From: Candidatus Margulisiibacteriota bacterium
Lineage (GTDB): Bacteria > Margulisbacteria > Marinamargulisbacteria > JBFWNS01
Reading direction: 5' to 3'
DNA length: 64,000 nt
Assembly: GCA_050250935.1 (NCBI GenBank)
Contig: JBFWNS010000004.1
Span: 124,275-188,274 of the forward strand
Shown in pieces: positions 19,156 to 28,775 of this stretch. Made by a program: the position numbers and the translations under genes. The stretch's first letter is position 1, and every line of letters starts with the position of its first letter. The notes below the pieces were generated by a model. That model was not told where the DNA came from. It did no database searches and saw only the letters and a list, made by a program, of their open reading frames with translations.

Positions 19156-20172
19156 ATGATTTTTTCTAAACACGTTGCCCTGCCCTATCACTATATGGCC
19201 AATTCGAATGATCGACTTCTCTATGTTTTTGAGGAAGGAGACCCGCTGGTGTCGCTTCTAAGCATGGGCATTACGACCACGGCCAATCATCCGGTGATCG
19301 AAGATTTTGGATTCGCAACCCGCTGGGGAGACACCTTGGTGCTGGGGGTTTGCGATGGCATGGGAGGAAAACCCAACGGCGACAAGGCCAGCAGCTGGGC
19401 CGCCCACGACATGATGGCCCTCTTACAGGACCCCCAATTCGCCCCAAAACCCTGGGACCTTGGACCTCAAATTTTGGAGCTGGGGCAAACCTTGATTCAG
19501 CGGTTTTTAGCCAAAGCCACTTCGCGTTGCGGCACCACCTTGTGCATGACGGTTGTGCGGGTTAACGAAGACAAAAGTATGACCCTGTATACCCTAAACT
19601 TCGGGGATTCTGGCGCCTATGTGGCAACCCCCACCGACACCCAAACCATTAGCCTGATGAACCACAAGCCCAGTGCCCCGCGCTGCCTCGAAACCCATTC
19701 ACCCGAATTTCTGCACTATTATGACGAAAACCAATTGGCCATGAGCACCATCGCCCATCCCGATGATTTACAGGACGCTTCTATCGAAACACAAATTCAA
19801 TTTCGACAACGAAACCTGGTAACCAACGCCCTCAATGGACAGGAGTCCGGCATTCCAGACGATATTCCAACCCCAATTGTGTATATCAAACACCTTCCCT
19901 ATCCAGAGCTTGAAAGAGCGACCTTGTTTTGCGCCAGCGACGGCGTCTTGGACAATTTAACCCGAGACCAAATGACAGAAGCCATTAAAAAAGGAGGGGT
20001 CGATAACCTGGTCTTACAAGCCATCGAAACCTCCCAAGCCCACAACACCCGAAGCAAACGCGATGATATTTGCGTAGTAAGTTGTTTATTAGGCGTCGTC
20101 AACAAAGCCATGCGCCATAAATTCCCCCCAGGCGTTCACCCCCATGTTCTGATTGATGACTATTTCACCTAA
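19156..20172 (+). CDS. PP2C-family Ser/Thr phosphatase, effector candidate
   Basis: VCDGMGG, GTTL, NFGDSG, ASDGVLDN, KRDDICVV. Confidence 0.88.
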   Translation: MIFSKHVALPYHYMANSNDRLLYVFEEGDPLVSLLSMGITTTANHPVIEDFGFATRWGDTLVLGVCDGMGGKPNGDKASSWAAHDMMALLQDPQFAPKPWDLGPQILELGQTLIQRFLAKATSRCGTTLCMTVVRVNEDKSMTLYTLNFGDSGAYVATPTDTQTISLMNHKPSAPRCLETHSPEFLHYYDENQLAMSTIAHPDDLQDASIETQIQFRQRNLVTNALNGQESGIPDDIPTPIVYIKHLPYPELERATLFCASDGVLDNLTRDQMTEAIKKGGVDNLVLQAIETSQAHNTRSKRDDICVVSCLLGVVNKAMRHKFPPGVHPHVLIDDYFT

Positions 20173-20173
20173 C

Positions 20174-20355
20174 CCCATACCCCAAAAGGACGCGAGAACC
20201 CAATACAACGTTCAAACCAACGAAAACCCATAGCCCAAACCCCAAAAGGACGTGACAACCCAATACAATGTTCAAATCGGCACAAAACCCCATTATGCGA
20301 CCCCTATATTAGGACGTGAGAACCCTATCAAAGTCCAAAACCGGTACAGAACCCC
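20174..20355. repeat. Three degenerate ~60-64 bp tandem repeats, core AGGACG[C/T]GA[G/C]AACCC
   Basis: Cores at about 20187, 20247 and 20311. Confidence 0.8.
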
Positions 20356-20422
20356 GTAGGGCGAGGAATTTGGATTCACTCCAAATTCCGACACAAAAAT
20401 GCTTGCCATTTTTGTTTACAAT
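20352..20422. repeat. Dispersed two-hairpin element, copy A
   Basis: Hairpin GGAATTTGGA-ttcac-TCCAAATTCC, then CAAAAATGcttgcCATTTTTGTTTACAAT (20394-20422), 28/29 identical to 44957-44985. Confidence 0.8.
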
Positions 20423-20470
20423 TGACACTAAGTCTCAATCAAAGCTAAAATTCTGAGACTAAGTCTAAAT
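20421..20470 (+). promoter_or_regulatory. Sigma70 promoter (TTGACA-N18-TAAAAT) overlapped by two Fur-like boxes
   Basis: ATTGACACTAAGTCTCAAT (20421-20439) and TCTGAGACTAAGTCTAAAT (20452-20470) upstream of the iron-uptake operon. Confidence 0.6.
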
Positions 20471-20494
20471 CCCATCTCAAAAAGGTATTCGTCT

Positions 20495-22660
20495 ATGACC
20501 CTTCAGAAAAAATTCTCGTCTAAAAAGGCAAAAAAACAAGGCTTGAAAGCCCTACAAACCTTTGGCTTGGCAGCCCTAACCTTCGTTGGAACCGGCACCA
20601 CCGCTTGGGCGCAAGATGCCCCAAACTCGACCCTGCCAGAAGTAACGGTAACCGGACAAAAAACTAGCCCCTACCTTCCCCCCGACACCTTGTCTTTGGG
20701 CCGTTATACCCAACCGTTGAATACAGTTCCCCAATCGGTTTCGGTTGTTCCCAAACAGGTACTGGAAGACCAACACGCCACCACCCTTAAAGACGCCATT
20801 CGCAACGTAGCAGGCATCAGCATTGCCGCCGGAGAAGGGGGTGCCCAAGGCGACAATTTTACCCTGCGTGGTTTTTCGGGGCGAAATGACATTTTCCTGG
20901 ATGGCATGCGGGATTTTGGCAGTTATTACCGAGACAGCTTTAACTATGACCACGTCGAAGCCCTAAAAGGACCCGCTTCCGTTGCCTTTGGCCGGGGCTC
21001 TACCGGTGGGGTTATCAACCAAGTCAGCAAAGAACCCGAGAAAAAAGCCCATACCGAACTTGATTTTGCTTTGGGAACTGCGAACAAAAAACGCGCAACA
21101 CTGGACTACAACCAACCGCTTTCACCCGAGATCGGGTTTCGACTCAATGCCTTGGTAGACAACGGCAATGTCGATGGACGAGACGTGGTCGAAACCAAAC
21201 ATTATGGTTTGGCACCAACCCTTACTTTTGGGATGGGCGGCCCCACCCAATTGACCCTGTCACATTTGTACGAGCAGTCCGACGATATCCCCGACTATGG
21301 GATTCCCTGGCTTTTTAATGCCCCAGCCCCAGTAGACCGAAGCACCTATTACGGATTTAAAAGCGACTTTCTTAAAACCGTAGCGAATGTGACAACGGCA
21401 AAACTCGAGCACGAAGTTAACCCGAACCTGAACATTAAAGACCAACTCCGCTTTGGCCGCTATACCCGAATTATGCGCGCTACCGAGCCCAAAATTGCAG
21501 GCTCCCCCACCCAAAGCACCCCCATCGACACCATCAACATTACCCGAAATGCACTCAACACCGACAGCACCGAAACCTATTTGGGCAATCAGTTCGATGT
21601 CACCACGAAATTTAAAACCTGGGACATTGACCACACAGTGGTGGTGGGAACAGAAATTAGCAAAGAAACCTCGTCGCCGGTTCGGTATACCATTTCTGGG
21701 GTTCCAGGCACCACCCTGACTGCCCCCAACCCCAACGAAACCTTTGCAGGTACCTATGCCCCCAATACCAACACCAACGTCATCTCGGATGGCTTGGCCT
21801 TTTACGGATTGGACACCATAGCCTTTAATCCCCAATGGGAAGTGGTTCTGGGAAGCCGATGGGATCAATTTAGCACCCAATATACCCAAAACAGCACCAG
21901 CTTGTCCCAAACCGACCGGGTGACCAGCTATCGTGGGGCCATCACCTACAAACCCACCGAAGACGGCAGCATTTATGTGGGAATGGGCAATTCGTTTGAC
22001 CCTTCTGCAGAGTCGCTATCCCTGTCCAGCGGCAGCGCCAACTTGGCTCCCGAACAAAACACCTCGATTGAATTGGGAACAAAATGGCAGTTTTTTAAGC
22101 GTCAATGGACCCTGCGAACCGCTATTTTTAGAACCGAAAAAACCAACGCCAGAGAAACCGATCCCAACGATTCGTCTGTGGTCACAACCACCGGGACCCA
22201 ACGGGTAGACGGGTTCGAAATCGAAGGCTCTGGGGCCTTAACCAAAGCCTGGCAGTTGTCGTTTGGATACGCCTATCTTCAAAGCGCTTTGGTGAGCTCT
22301 CAACAATACCCATCTGCGGTTGGAAACCCACTGGCCAACGTACCAGCCCATACCTTTACCCTATGGACCACCTATACCTTGCCCAGCAATTGGATTTTCG
22401 GGGCAGGTACCCAATATGTCTCTAGCCGCCGGGCCAACAGCACCAAGTCGGTATTCGACACCGTTACTGGGTTGCCAAGGGAAGTCCCCTCCTATTGGGT
22501 CTTTAATGCCATGGCCGGATATCCCATTACCAAAAACCTGGATCTTCAGCTGAACATTAACAACATCTTTGATGTGACCTACTACGACCAGGTGCACAAC
22601 GCCCACATTATTCCAGGCCAAGGTCGGTCCATTGTCTTGTCTGGTAAGTACAAATTCTAG
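20495..22660 (+). CDS. TonB-dependent siderophore receptor (Fiu/PiuA-like)
   Basis: Signal peptide, TonB box LPEVTVTG, plug LKGPAS..GRGSTGGVIN, C-terminal KYKF. Confidence 0.95.
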   Translation: MTLQKKFSSKKAKKQGLKALQTFGLAALTFVGTGTTAWAQDAPNSTLPEVTVTGQKTSPYLPPDTLSLGRYTQPLNTVPQSVSVVPKQVLEDQHATTLKDAIRNVAGISIAAGEGGAQGDNFTLRGFSGRNDIFLDGMRDFGSYYRDSFNYDHVEALKGPASVAFGRGSTGGVINQVSKEPEKKAHTELDFALGTANKKRATLDYNQPLSPEIGFRLNALVDNGNVDGRDVVETKHYGLAPTLTFGMGGPTQLTLSHLYEQSDDIPDYGIPWLFNAPAPVDRSTYYGFKSDFLKTVANVTTAKLEHEVNPNLNIKDQLRFGRYTRIMRATEPKIAGSPTQSTPIDTINITRNALNTDSTETYLGNQFDVTTKFKTWDIDHTVVVGTEISKETSSPVRYTISGVPGTTLTAPNPNETFAGTYAPNTNTNVISDGLAFYGLDTIAFNPQWEVVLGSRWDQFSTQYTQNSTSLSQTDRVTSYRGAITYKPTEDGSIYVGMGNSFDPSAESLSLSSGSANLAPEQNTSIELGTKWQFFKRQWTLRTAIFRTEKTNARETDPNDSSVVTTTGTQRVDGFEIEGSGALTKAWQLSFGYAYLQSALVSSQQYPSAVGNPLANVPAHTFTLWTTYTLPSNWIFGAGTQYVSSRRANSTKSVFDTVTGLPREVPSYWVFNAMAGYPITKNLDLQLNINNIFDVTYYDQVHNAHIIPGQGRSIVLSGKYKF

Positions 22661-22672
22661 GATAATCCTTTT

Positions 22673-23353
22673 ATGATTCTAAGCATTCCAGATGTCTTAA
22701 CCCCAGACCAAGTTGCAGCTGCAAAACAACGCCTCGACCAAGCCGATTGGGTGGATGGGAAGGTCACAGCGGGTTATCAGTCGGCCAAAGCCAAAAACAA
22801 CAGCCAAATTCCCGAAAACCACCCCATTGCCCGGGAAGTCGGCGATTTAATTTTGTCGGCATTGGAAAAAAACCCGCTGTTTATTTCCGCCGCCCTGCCA
22901 GCCAAGGTTTTTCCCCCATTGTTTAACCGCTACGAAGGGGCCCAATCCTTTGGCACCCACGTGGACAACGCCATTCGACAAATTCCTGGAACCCCTGTTC
23001 GCATTCGAACCGATTTGTCTTGCACCCTGTTTTTTACAGGGCCAGACGACTACGACGGCGGCGAGCTTTGCATCGAAGATGTCTATGGGGTTCAACGCGT
23101 CAAACTGCCCGCTGGGCACATGATTTTGTATCCCTCCACCAGTTTGCACCACGTCACCCCCGTCACACGGGGAACTCGGCTCTGTTCCTTTTTCTGGCTT
23201 CAAAGTATGATTCGCCATGATGCCCATCGCACCCTGCTTTTCGACTTGGACGCCACGATTCAAAATCTGAGTCGTGAACATCCCGAAGAGCCCCATTCGG
23301 TGCAATTAACCGGCATCTATCACAACCTTCTAAGAGAGTGGGCTGAACCCTAA
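22673..23353 (+). CDS. ybiX: PKHD-type Fe(II)/2OG hydroxylase (PiuC/YbiX)
   Basis: [38 protein letters not shown]. Confidence 0.95.
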   Translation: MILSIPDVLTPDQVAAAKQRLDQADWVDGKVTAGYQSAKAKNNSQIPENHPIAREVGDLILSALEKNPLFISAALPAKVFPPLFNRYEGAQSFGTHVDNAIRQIPGTPVRIRTDLSCTLFFTGPDDYDGGELCIEDVYGVQRVKLPAGHMILYPSTSLHHVTPVTRGTRLCSFFWLQSMIRHDAHRTLLFDLDATIQNLSREHPEEPHSVQLTGIYHNLLREWAEP

Positions 23354-24390
23354 TGACCTTTCGCCGCAGCATTTTTTGGATCCATCTAACCCTTGGGGTT
23401 ATTCTGGGTCTGGCCATTGCTTTGATATCGTTAACCGGTGCCTTATTAGCCTTTAAACAGCCCGTATTAAGCCTATCTGAACGCAAGGTTCAAACGGTGG
23501 TTGTTCCAGCAGCTGGAACCACACTTGATCTCAATAAATTGGCCCCGAAAAAAGCCACAGCCATCCAACTTTATTCGGACCCTTCCCGATCTATCAAAGT
23601 CACCGTTGGCCGGAACAAAGAACGGTTCTATCTGAATCCCTATTCCGGAGAAATCGTGGGAAAAGCCTCCAAACTAGACCGCATTTTCCAGCAAATTGAA
23701 GGGCTTCACCGCTGGTTTGGCATCGAAGGCCCCCTAAAACCCTTGGCCGCCCAGATCAAGGCTCTGGTGACGGTATTGTTTGTGCTGATGATTGTTTCTG
23801 GCTTCTATTTGTGGTGGAAAAGCAAAAATCTGTGGTTATCGAACCGAAAACCCGGTCTAAAACACAAATCAACCTCTTGGCACCAACACGCAGCCATTGG
23901 GTTTTGGAGCTCGCCATTTTTATTGGTCATTTGTTTAACCGGATTGGTCTTGTCGTCCGCACAACCCCAACCCAATGCCCCACAATCCCCCAAATCCAAA
24001 GCCCACACAAAAACCAAACGTCCCGATCTAGACGCGGCTGTAAACCTGGCCAAAACCAAGGTTCCCAACTGGAAATCCATCACAGTTCGGATGGGCAGAG
24101 GCCCCTTAACCGTTTTTGTTGAAGAAACCACCAACAGCCCCTTTCCAAAACGCTCTAAATTAACCTTGAAACCCTCGGGCGAAGTGCTACGATGGGAACC
24201 GGCTTCCAGCCAAAATCGGTCTCAGCGATTGATGGTGGTCTCTCGGTATTTGCATACTGGCGAAGCCGGAGGTCTTGTGGGAGAAACCTTGGCCTTTTTA
24301 GCCGCTCTCGCTGCTGTAGTGTTGGTTTGGACAGGCTTTGTAATGGCCTGGCAACGGTTTTTAAAAACAATCACCCAAAGGAGTACCTAG
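23353..24390 (+). CDS. PepSY-associated TM helix protein (PiuB-like)
   Basis: WIHLTLG, LNPYSGE, LHRW, YLHTGE. Confidence 0.9.
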   Translation: MTFRRSIFWIHLTLGVILGLAIALISLTGALLAFKQPVLSLSERKVQTVVVPAAGTTLDLNKLAPKKATAIQLYSDPSRSIKVTVGRNKERFYLNPYSGEIVGKASKLDRIFQQIEGLHRWFGIEGPLKPLAAQIKALVTVLFVLMIVSGFYLWWKSKNLWLSNRKPGLKHKSTSWHQHAAIGFWSSPFLLVICLTGLVLSSAQPQPNAPQSPKSKAHTKTKRPDLDAAVNLAKTKVPNWKSITVRMGRGPLTVFVEETTNSPFPKRSKLTLKPSGEVLRWEPASSQNRSQRLMVVSRYLHTGEAGGLVGETLAFLAALAAVVLVWTGFVMAWQRFLKTITQRST

Positions 24391-24394
24391 ACCC

Positions 24395-24994
24395 ATGTTA
24401 TTCGATTTTTTCCACCGGGGTGGACCGGTGATGTGGCCCCTGTTGTTAACCTCTATTATTGCCCTGGCTGTTGTGGTCGAACGGTTGTTGTTTATTCTAA
24501 AAGAAAACCGGCTTCGCAATCCCCAAGCAGTTCAAACCATTTTGACCCACGTTGAAAAAGGCAATATTCCTGCGGCCATCCAAGAAGGGGAAGGCAGCGA
24601 GGATTTTGTCGCGAAAACCTTAACCTATGCTTTAACCCACAACGAAACCTCTTTTTCCAATGCCTTGCTCTTGGCCGCCAATCAAGCCTTGCAGCCGTTT
24701 AACCGTGGTCTGGCCGTTTTGGATACCATCATTACCCTTGCCCCGCTGTTGGGGCTCTTTGGCACGGTTACCGGGATGATCCACGCTTTCGGGCTCTTGG
24801 GCAACAAAGGCTTGGAAGCCCCCACCGTGATTACCGGCGGGATTGCCGAAGCGTTGATCGCCACAGCCTTTGGGTTGGTCATCGCCATTATCTCGTTGAT
24901 TCCGTTTAACTATCTGACCAACCGTCTTGAAATTGCCAGACGCGAAATCGAAGACGCAGCAACCTATCTTGAATTGATAATTTTAAAACAATGA
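24395..24994 (+). CDS. exbB: MotA/TolQ/ExbB proton channel
   Basis: APLLGLFGTVTGMI, GIAEALIATAFGL. Confidence 0.93.
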   Translation: MLFDFFHRGGPVMWPLLLTSIIALAVVVERLLFILKENRLRNPQAVQTILTHVEKGNIPAAIQEGEGSEDFVAKTLTYALTHNETSFSNALLLAANQALQPFNRGLAVLDTIITLAPLLGLFGTVTGMIHAFGLLGNKGLEAPTVITGGIAEALIATAFGLVIAIISLIPFNYLTNRLEIARREIEDAATYLELIILKQ

Positions 24995-25398
24995 AAATTC
25001 CTTCCCCACAAACCCGAAAAAAAGCCCGCATCGAAATCATTCCTTTGATTGATATTGTCTTTTTTCTGTTGGCCACCTTTGTGATGGTCTCGATGGCCAT
25101 GGTCAAAAACCAAGGGGTTCCGGTTCAATTGCCAACAGCCAAATCGGCCAAGGCCCAACCGCAACACCAAACCGTTACTCTAAGCATTACGGCCTCTGGA
25201 ACGGTCTATTTGAACAAAACACAGGTCTCTATGCCCGTGCTTCAAGAAACCCTAACCCGGCTTAAAAACGAGGATCCTGGACTCAACGTCATCATCAACG
25301 GCGATAAAGACGCCAACCTTGGAAAAACCATCCGCATTTTGGATGCCGTTCGACAATTGGGCATCTCGAAAGTGGCCATTCGCACCCAATCCTCATGA
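24991..25398 (+). CDS. exbD: Biopolymer transporter ExbD
   Basis: IEIIPLIDIVFFLLATF. Confidence 0.93.
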   Translation: MKIPSPQTRKKARIEIIPLIDIVFFLLATFVMVSMAMVKNQGVPVQLPTAKSAKAQPQHQTVTLSITASGTVYLNKTQVSMPVLQETLTRLKNEDPGLNVIINGDKDANLGKTIRILDAVRQLGISKVAIRTQSS

Positions 25399-26105
25399 GC
25401 AATTTTAAGCTTGGGCTGGTCACCTCCATTGCCCTGCATCTTTTATTGTTTGGGGTTCTAAGCATCAGCCAGGTTACGCCACCCAAATTTGGGGTTAAGG
25501 CGTCTACTGTGAATGCCCCAGTCAGTGTTGCCCTGGTCGGACCGGCACCCACCAATCCCAGTGCTCGTATCGTTCCAAAAACGGTCCAAAAAAGAACCCC
25601 TACCCCACCCGAGCAACCCAAACCCAAGCCGGTAACTGAACCCAAATCCGAAACCATCCCCCTCAAAACAGAGGCCGTTGTTCCCCAACCGCCATCCAAA
25701 CCCCAAGTGGAAACACCAGCAGCCTCCGAAACCCCACGCCAACCCCAACCTCGTCCAGCGGCAACAACGCCTGTCGAAACAACCACAGCCCATGCCCCAC
25801 CCGCCAGCGAGGGCACTGGTACCGCCATTGTGCCAGCCGAACCCAGCTATTTGGAAAACCCTGCCCCCAGCTATCCAGCAGCAGCCCGTCGCAGGGGGCT
25901 AGAAGGCTTGGTCCTGTTGCAAGTCGACGTTAACACGTCGGGAAGAGCAACTTCAGTCTCGCTGAAAAAAAGCTCGGGTCATGGCATTTTGGATGAAGCA
26001 GCCATACGCGCGGTTAAAACCTGGATCTTCAAACCTGCCATGCGGGGGCGAACACCCATCGACTGCACGGTGGACGTTCCCATTCGGTTCCAGCTCGAAG
26101 ACTAG
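25395..26105 (+). CDS. tonB: Energy transducer TonB
   Basis: N-terminal TM, Pro-rich linker, PSYPAAARRRGLEG, SSGHGILD. Confidence 0.93.
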   Translation: MSNFKLGLVTSIALHLLLFGVLSISQVTPPKFGVKASTVNAPVSVALVGPAPTNPSARIVPKTVQKRTPTPPEQPKPKPVTEPKSETIPLKTEAVVPQPPSKPQVETPAASETPRQPQPRPAATTPVETTTAHAPPASEGTGTAIVPAEPSYLENPAPSYPAAARRRGLEGLVLLQVDVNTSGRATSVSLKKSSGHGILDEAAIRAVKTWIFKPAMRGRTPIDCTVDVPIRFQLED

Positions 26106-26114
26106 GGCTTTTTG

Positions 26115-27935
26115 TTAAACCGACAACATCGTGTTGAGTTCCATCAACAAGACCTTCATGTTGAACGGTTTTAAGATAAACGGCTTGCCTTTGTGCAATG
26201 TTTCGTCGAATCCGGCATGATCTTGAGCCGGTAAGCCGCTCATCATCAACACGGGCAATGGGGTTTCGGAAGCTTGAATCGCCGAAACCAGTTCAAAGCC
26301 ACTGACCACTGGCATATCCAAATCGACAATAACCGCTTGGAAATCCCCGTTTTTCAGCAAGTCCATCACCGATTCCGGCTCTTTGGTAATGGTGACTCGG
26401 AAATCTTGCTTTTCCAAAATGTTTTTACACAGGGCCAAAATGAAACTGTCGTCGTCCACCACCAAAATATGCTGGCCGGTGCCTTTAATAATCATGCGGT
26501 CTTCGATAGGTAGATCGGTATCTTCATCGGGGTCCAAGGCCGGCAAATACAACTGAAACTCTGTACCCAGCCCTGGCGTGCTTTTAACCTCTAAAAAGCC
26601 CTGATGTTTTCGAATAATCATCAGGCTGGTGGCAAGGCCCAAACCGGTTCCATTGGCACTGTCTTTGGTGGTAAAAAAGGGATCAAACATCTTCGTTAAC
26701 ACTTCGGTATTCATGCCCAAACCCGTATCTTGAATTTTAACCCCAACATAATTGCCAGGGGTAATAATATCCCCATTGGCCAAGCGATAGTCACCTTCCA
26801 CCGTGACATTGGACCCAGACAAAGTCAGGCTTCCGCCATTGGGCATGGCATCTCGGGCATTAATACAGAGATTAAAAATAACCTGATGAATCTGGGTTAA
26901 ATCGCCACTTAAATCCCAAAGCTGCTCGTTGACCTCTTGGGAAATCACAATCGATTTGGGAAAAGTCTCTTTGGTTAACATCATAATTTCCGAAAACAGC
27001 TGCTTAATGTTGATGCGGCTGATCGAAATATCCGACCCTTTCGCAAAGGCCAAAATTTGTTTGATGAGGTTCGCCCCCCGTTTCGCGGAAGATTCTAAAA
27101 TTCGATACACCGATTGGGCTTCATCATCATCGGGATCAAATTTTTCCCGCAAGGGATGAAGGGCCATAAAAAAAGGTGCCAAAATGTTATTCAAATCGTG
27201 GGTCAGTCCACTGGCCAATAACCCAATACTTTCCAATCGGGCCGATCGATAGACGTTAAATTCGAGAATTTTTTGTTCGGTAACATCCCGATTAATCACC
27301 ATCACGGCAGAGCGGCCATCAAAATCGGGAAGCCGCATCCATTGGGTTTCGACAATGACAAATTGTCCCAACCGATTCAATTGCGTCCATTGGCCTGTCC
27401 AAAACCCCGTTTCTAAAAGGGCTAATTCGACATCTTGCAACAACCCAACATCTTCCAAACGAAACACCAAATGATCGATGGGTTTTTGCAAAACATCTTC
27501 TTTTAACCAACCAAACAGCGTTTCGGCTGGCTTGTTCCAATCCAAAACCGACCCGGTTTTAAGCTCGCGAATATAGACCGCATCGGTAGTATTGGCCAAA
27601 AACCAATCCGCAAAGTTCCTGGAAATGGACTCGGCCTTTAAAGCAGGGGCAGGCTTGGGCATTGAAACCGGTGGCACAGAAACAGAAGGCAAAGAAACAG
27701 AGGGGGTCATCAACACCCCAGAACCCGAATTGGGATGGGCCAACAAGGGTTCTACTATCAGTTCCAAATCCACAATCTGTTGTTCGACAGACTGGGAATA
27801 CTGGGCAATTTCCTTATGCAGAGACGAAAAAGACTGGGAAAACGTTGACCCAGGGCTTACATCTTGCGAGGACTTGGTGTCGCGTTGGAAGTTCACAGGC
27901 CGAACCCTTTCCCAAACGGGATAACCCCTACACAC
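26115..27935 (-). CDS. PAS-containing hybrid sensor histidine kinase with receiver domain (CckA-like); start uncertain
   Basis: PAS, H-box GLTHDLNN, NLCINARDAM, DTGLGM, PFFTTK, GTGLGL, REC LVVDDD/DLDMP/KPF. Confidence 0.93.
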   Translation of the reverse strand: MCRGYPVWERVRPVNFQRDTKSSQDVSPGSTFSQSFSSLHKEIAQYSQSVEQQIVDLELIVEPLLAHPNSGSGVLMTPSVSLPSVSVPPVSMPKPAPALKAESISRNFADWFLANTTDAVYIRELKTGSVLDWNKPAETLFGWLKEDVLQKPIDHLVFRLEDVGLLQDVELALLETGFWTGQWTQLNRLGQFVIVETQWMRLPDFDGRSAVMVINRDVTEQKILEFNVYRSARLESIGLLASGLTHDLNNILAPFFMALHPLREKFDPDDDEAQSVYRILESSAKRGANLIKQILAFAKGSDISISRINIKQLFSEIMMLTKETFPKSIVISQEVNEQLWDLSGDLTQIHQVIFNLCINARDAMPNGGSLTLSGSNVTVEGDYRLANGDIITPGNYVGVKIQDTGLGMNTEVLTKMFDPFFTTKDSANGTGLGLATSLMIIRKHQGFLEVKSTPGLGTEFQLYLPALDPDEDTDLPIEDRMIIKGTGQHILVVDDDSFILALCKNILEKQDFRVTITKEPESVMDLLKNGDFQAVIVDLDMPVVSGFELVSAIQASETPLPVLMMSGLPAQDHAGFDETLHKGKPFILKPFNMKVLLMELNTMLSV

Positions 27936-28073
27936 GGATCTGCAGTTTCATTCGGGGAAAACAATACCAACTATGTATAGCACAGAACATGTCGTATTTA
28001 TAGGGGGCGAAACCAAGGTCGAAACCAGCCTTTGTTTTTGTGCTTCTCCCTGGGTCTGTGTTATAACCTACAC

Positions 28074-28460
28074 ATGCTTCCGAAATTGGCCAAAAATGTT
28101 CTGGGAAAACCCCTTCGGGTGTGCAGCATGGACCCGGTGACCGGTTTTTTTCGAACGGGCTGCTGCGAAACCTCTGAAGACGACTTGGGAATTCACACCA
28201 TTTGTGTGGTTGTGACCACCGATTTTCTGACCTTTTCCAAACAAATGGGCAACGATTTAAGCACACCAAGACCCGAATTCGATTTTACTGGCCTCCAAGA
28301 CGGAGACCGCTGGTGTTTGTGCCTGCCCCGTTGGATCGAAGCCAAAGACGCCGGAATGGCCCCCAAAGTGGTGCTGGGCGCAACACATGAATCTGTATTA
28401 GACTTTGTAGACCTTGAAGAACTTCGACCCTTTGCAATCGACAATGTTACCCACCCATAA
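28074..28460 (+). CDS. DUF2237 family protein
   Basis: NVLGKPL..CS.DPVTGFFRTGCC, GNDLSTP, GDRWCLC. Confidence 0.9.
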   Translation: MLPKLAKNVLGKPLRVCSMDPVTGFFRTGCCETSEDDLGIHTICVVVTTDFLTFSKQMGNDLSTPRPEFDFTGLQDGDRWCLCLPRWIEAKDAGMAPKVVLGATHESVLDFVDLEELRPFAIDNVTHP

Positions 28461-28472
28461 AGGACCTGCACA

Positions 28473-28775
28473 ATGAAACTTGGTTTTTGGATGTTATTGG
28501 CTTGCTTGCTTTTTACCCCCATTTTTGCCGACACCCAAGGCGCCTATTACACGGATATTTTGACTCCGGTTTCAACCCCAACCGAAAACATCGCCTACAT
28601 GCGAAAAGCCGAAGGCTCTGTAACCTCGCTGTTGGGACTCTTTGCCTTTGGCGATGCCAGTACAGATTCGCTGATGAAAAAAGCCAATATTCGGTCTGTA
28701 CGCTACATCCAAAAGCGAACCACCTCGTTTTTGTTGTTGTTCACCACAGACACCTATACCGTTTATGGGGAATAA
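28473..28775 (+). CDS. TRL-like family exported protein
   Basis: Signal peptide; SLLGLFAFGDAS...TVYGE. Confidence 0.7.
   Translation: MKLGFWMLLACLLFTPIFADTQGAYYTDILTPVSTPTENIAYMRKAEGSVTSLLGLFAFGDASTDSLMKKANIRSVRYIQKRTTSFLLLFTTDTYTVYGE

Noticed and set aside
20174..20355. Possible CRISPR array
   Set aside because: Units are degenerate along their whole length, the intervening sequences resemble each other, and no cas genes are present
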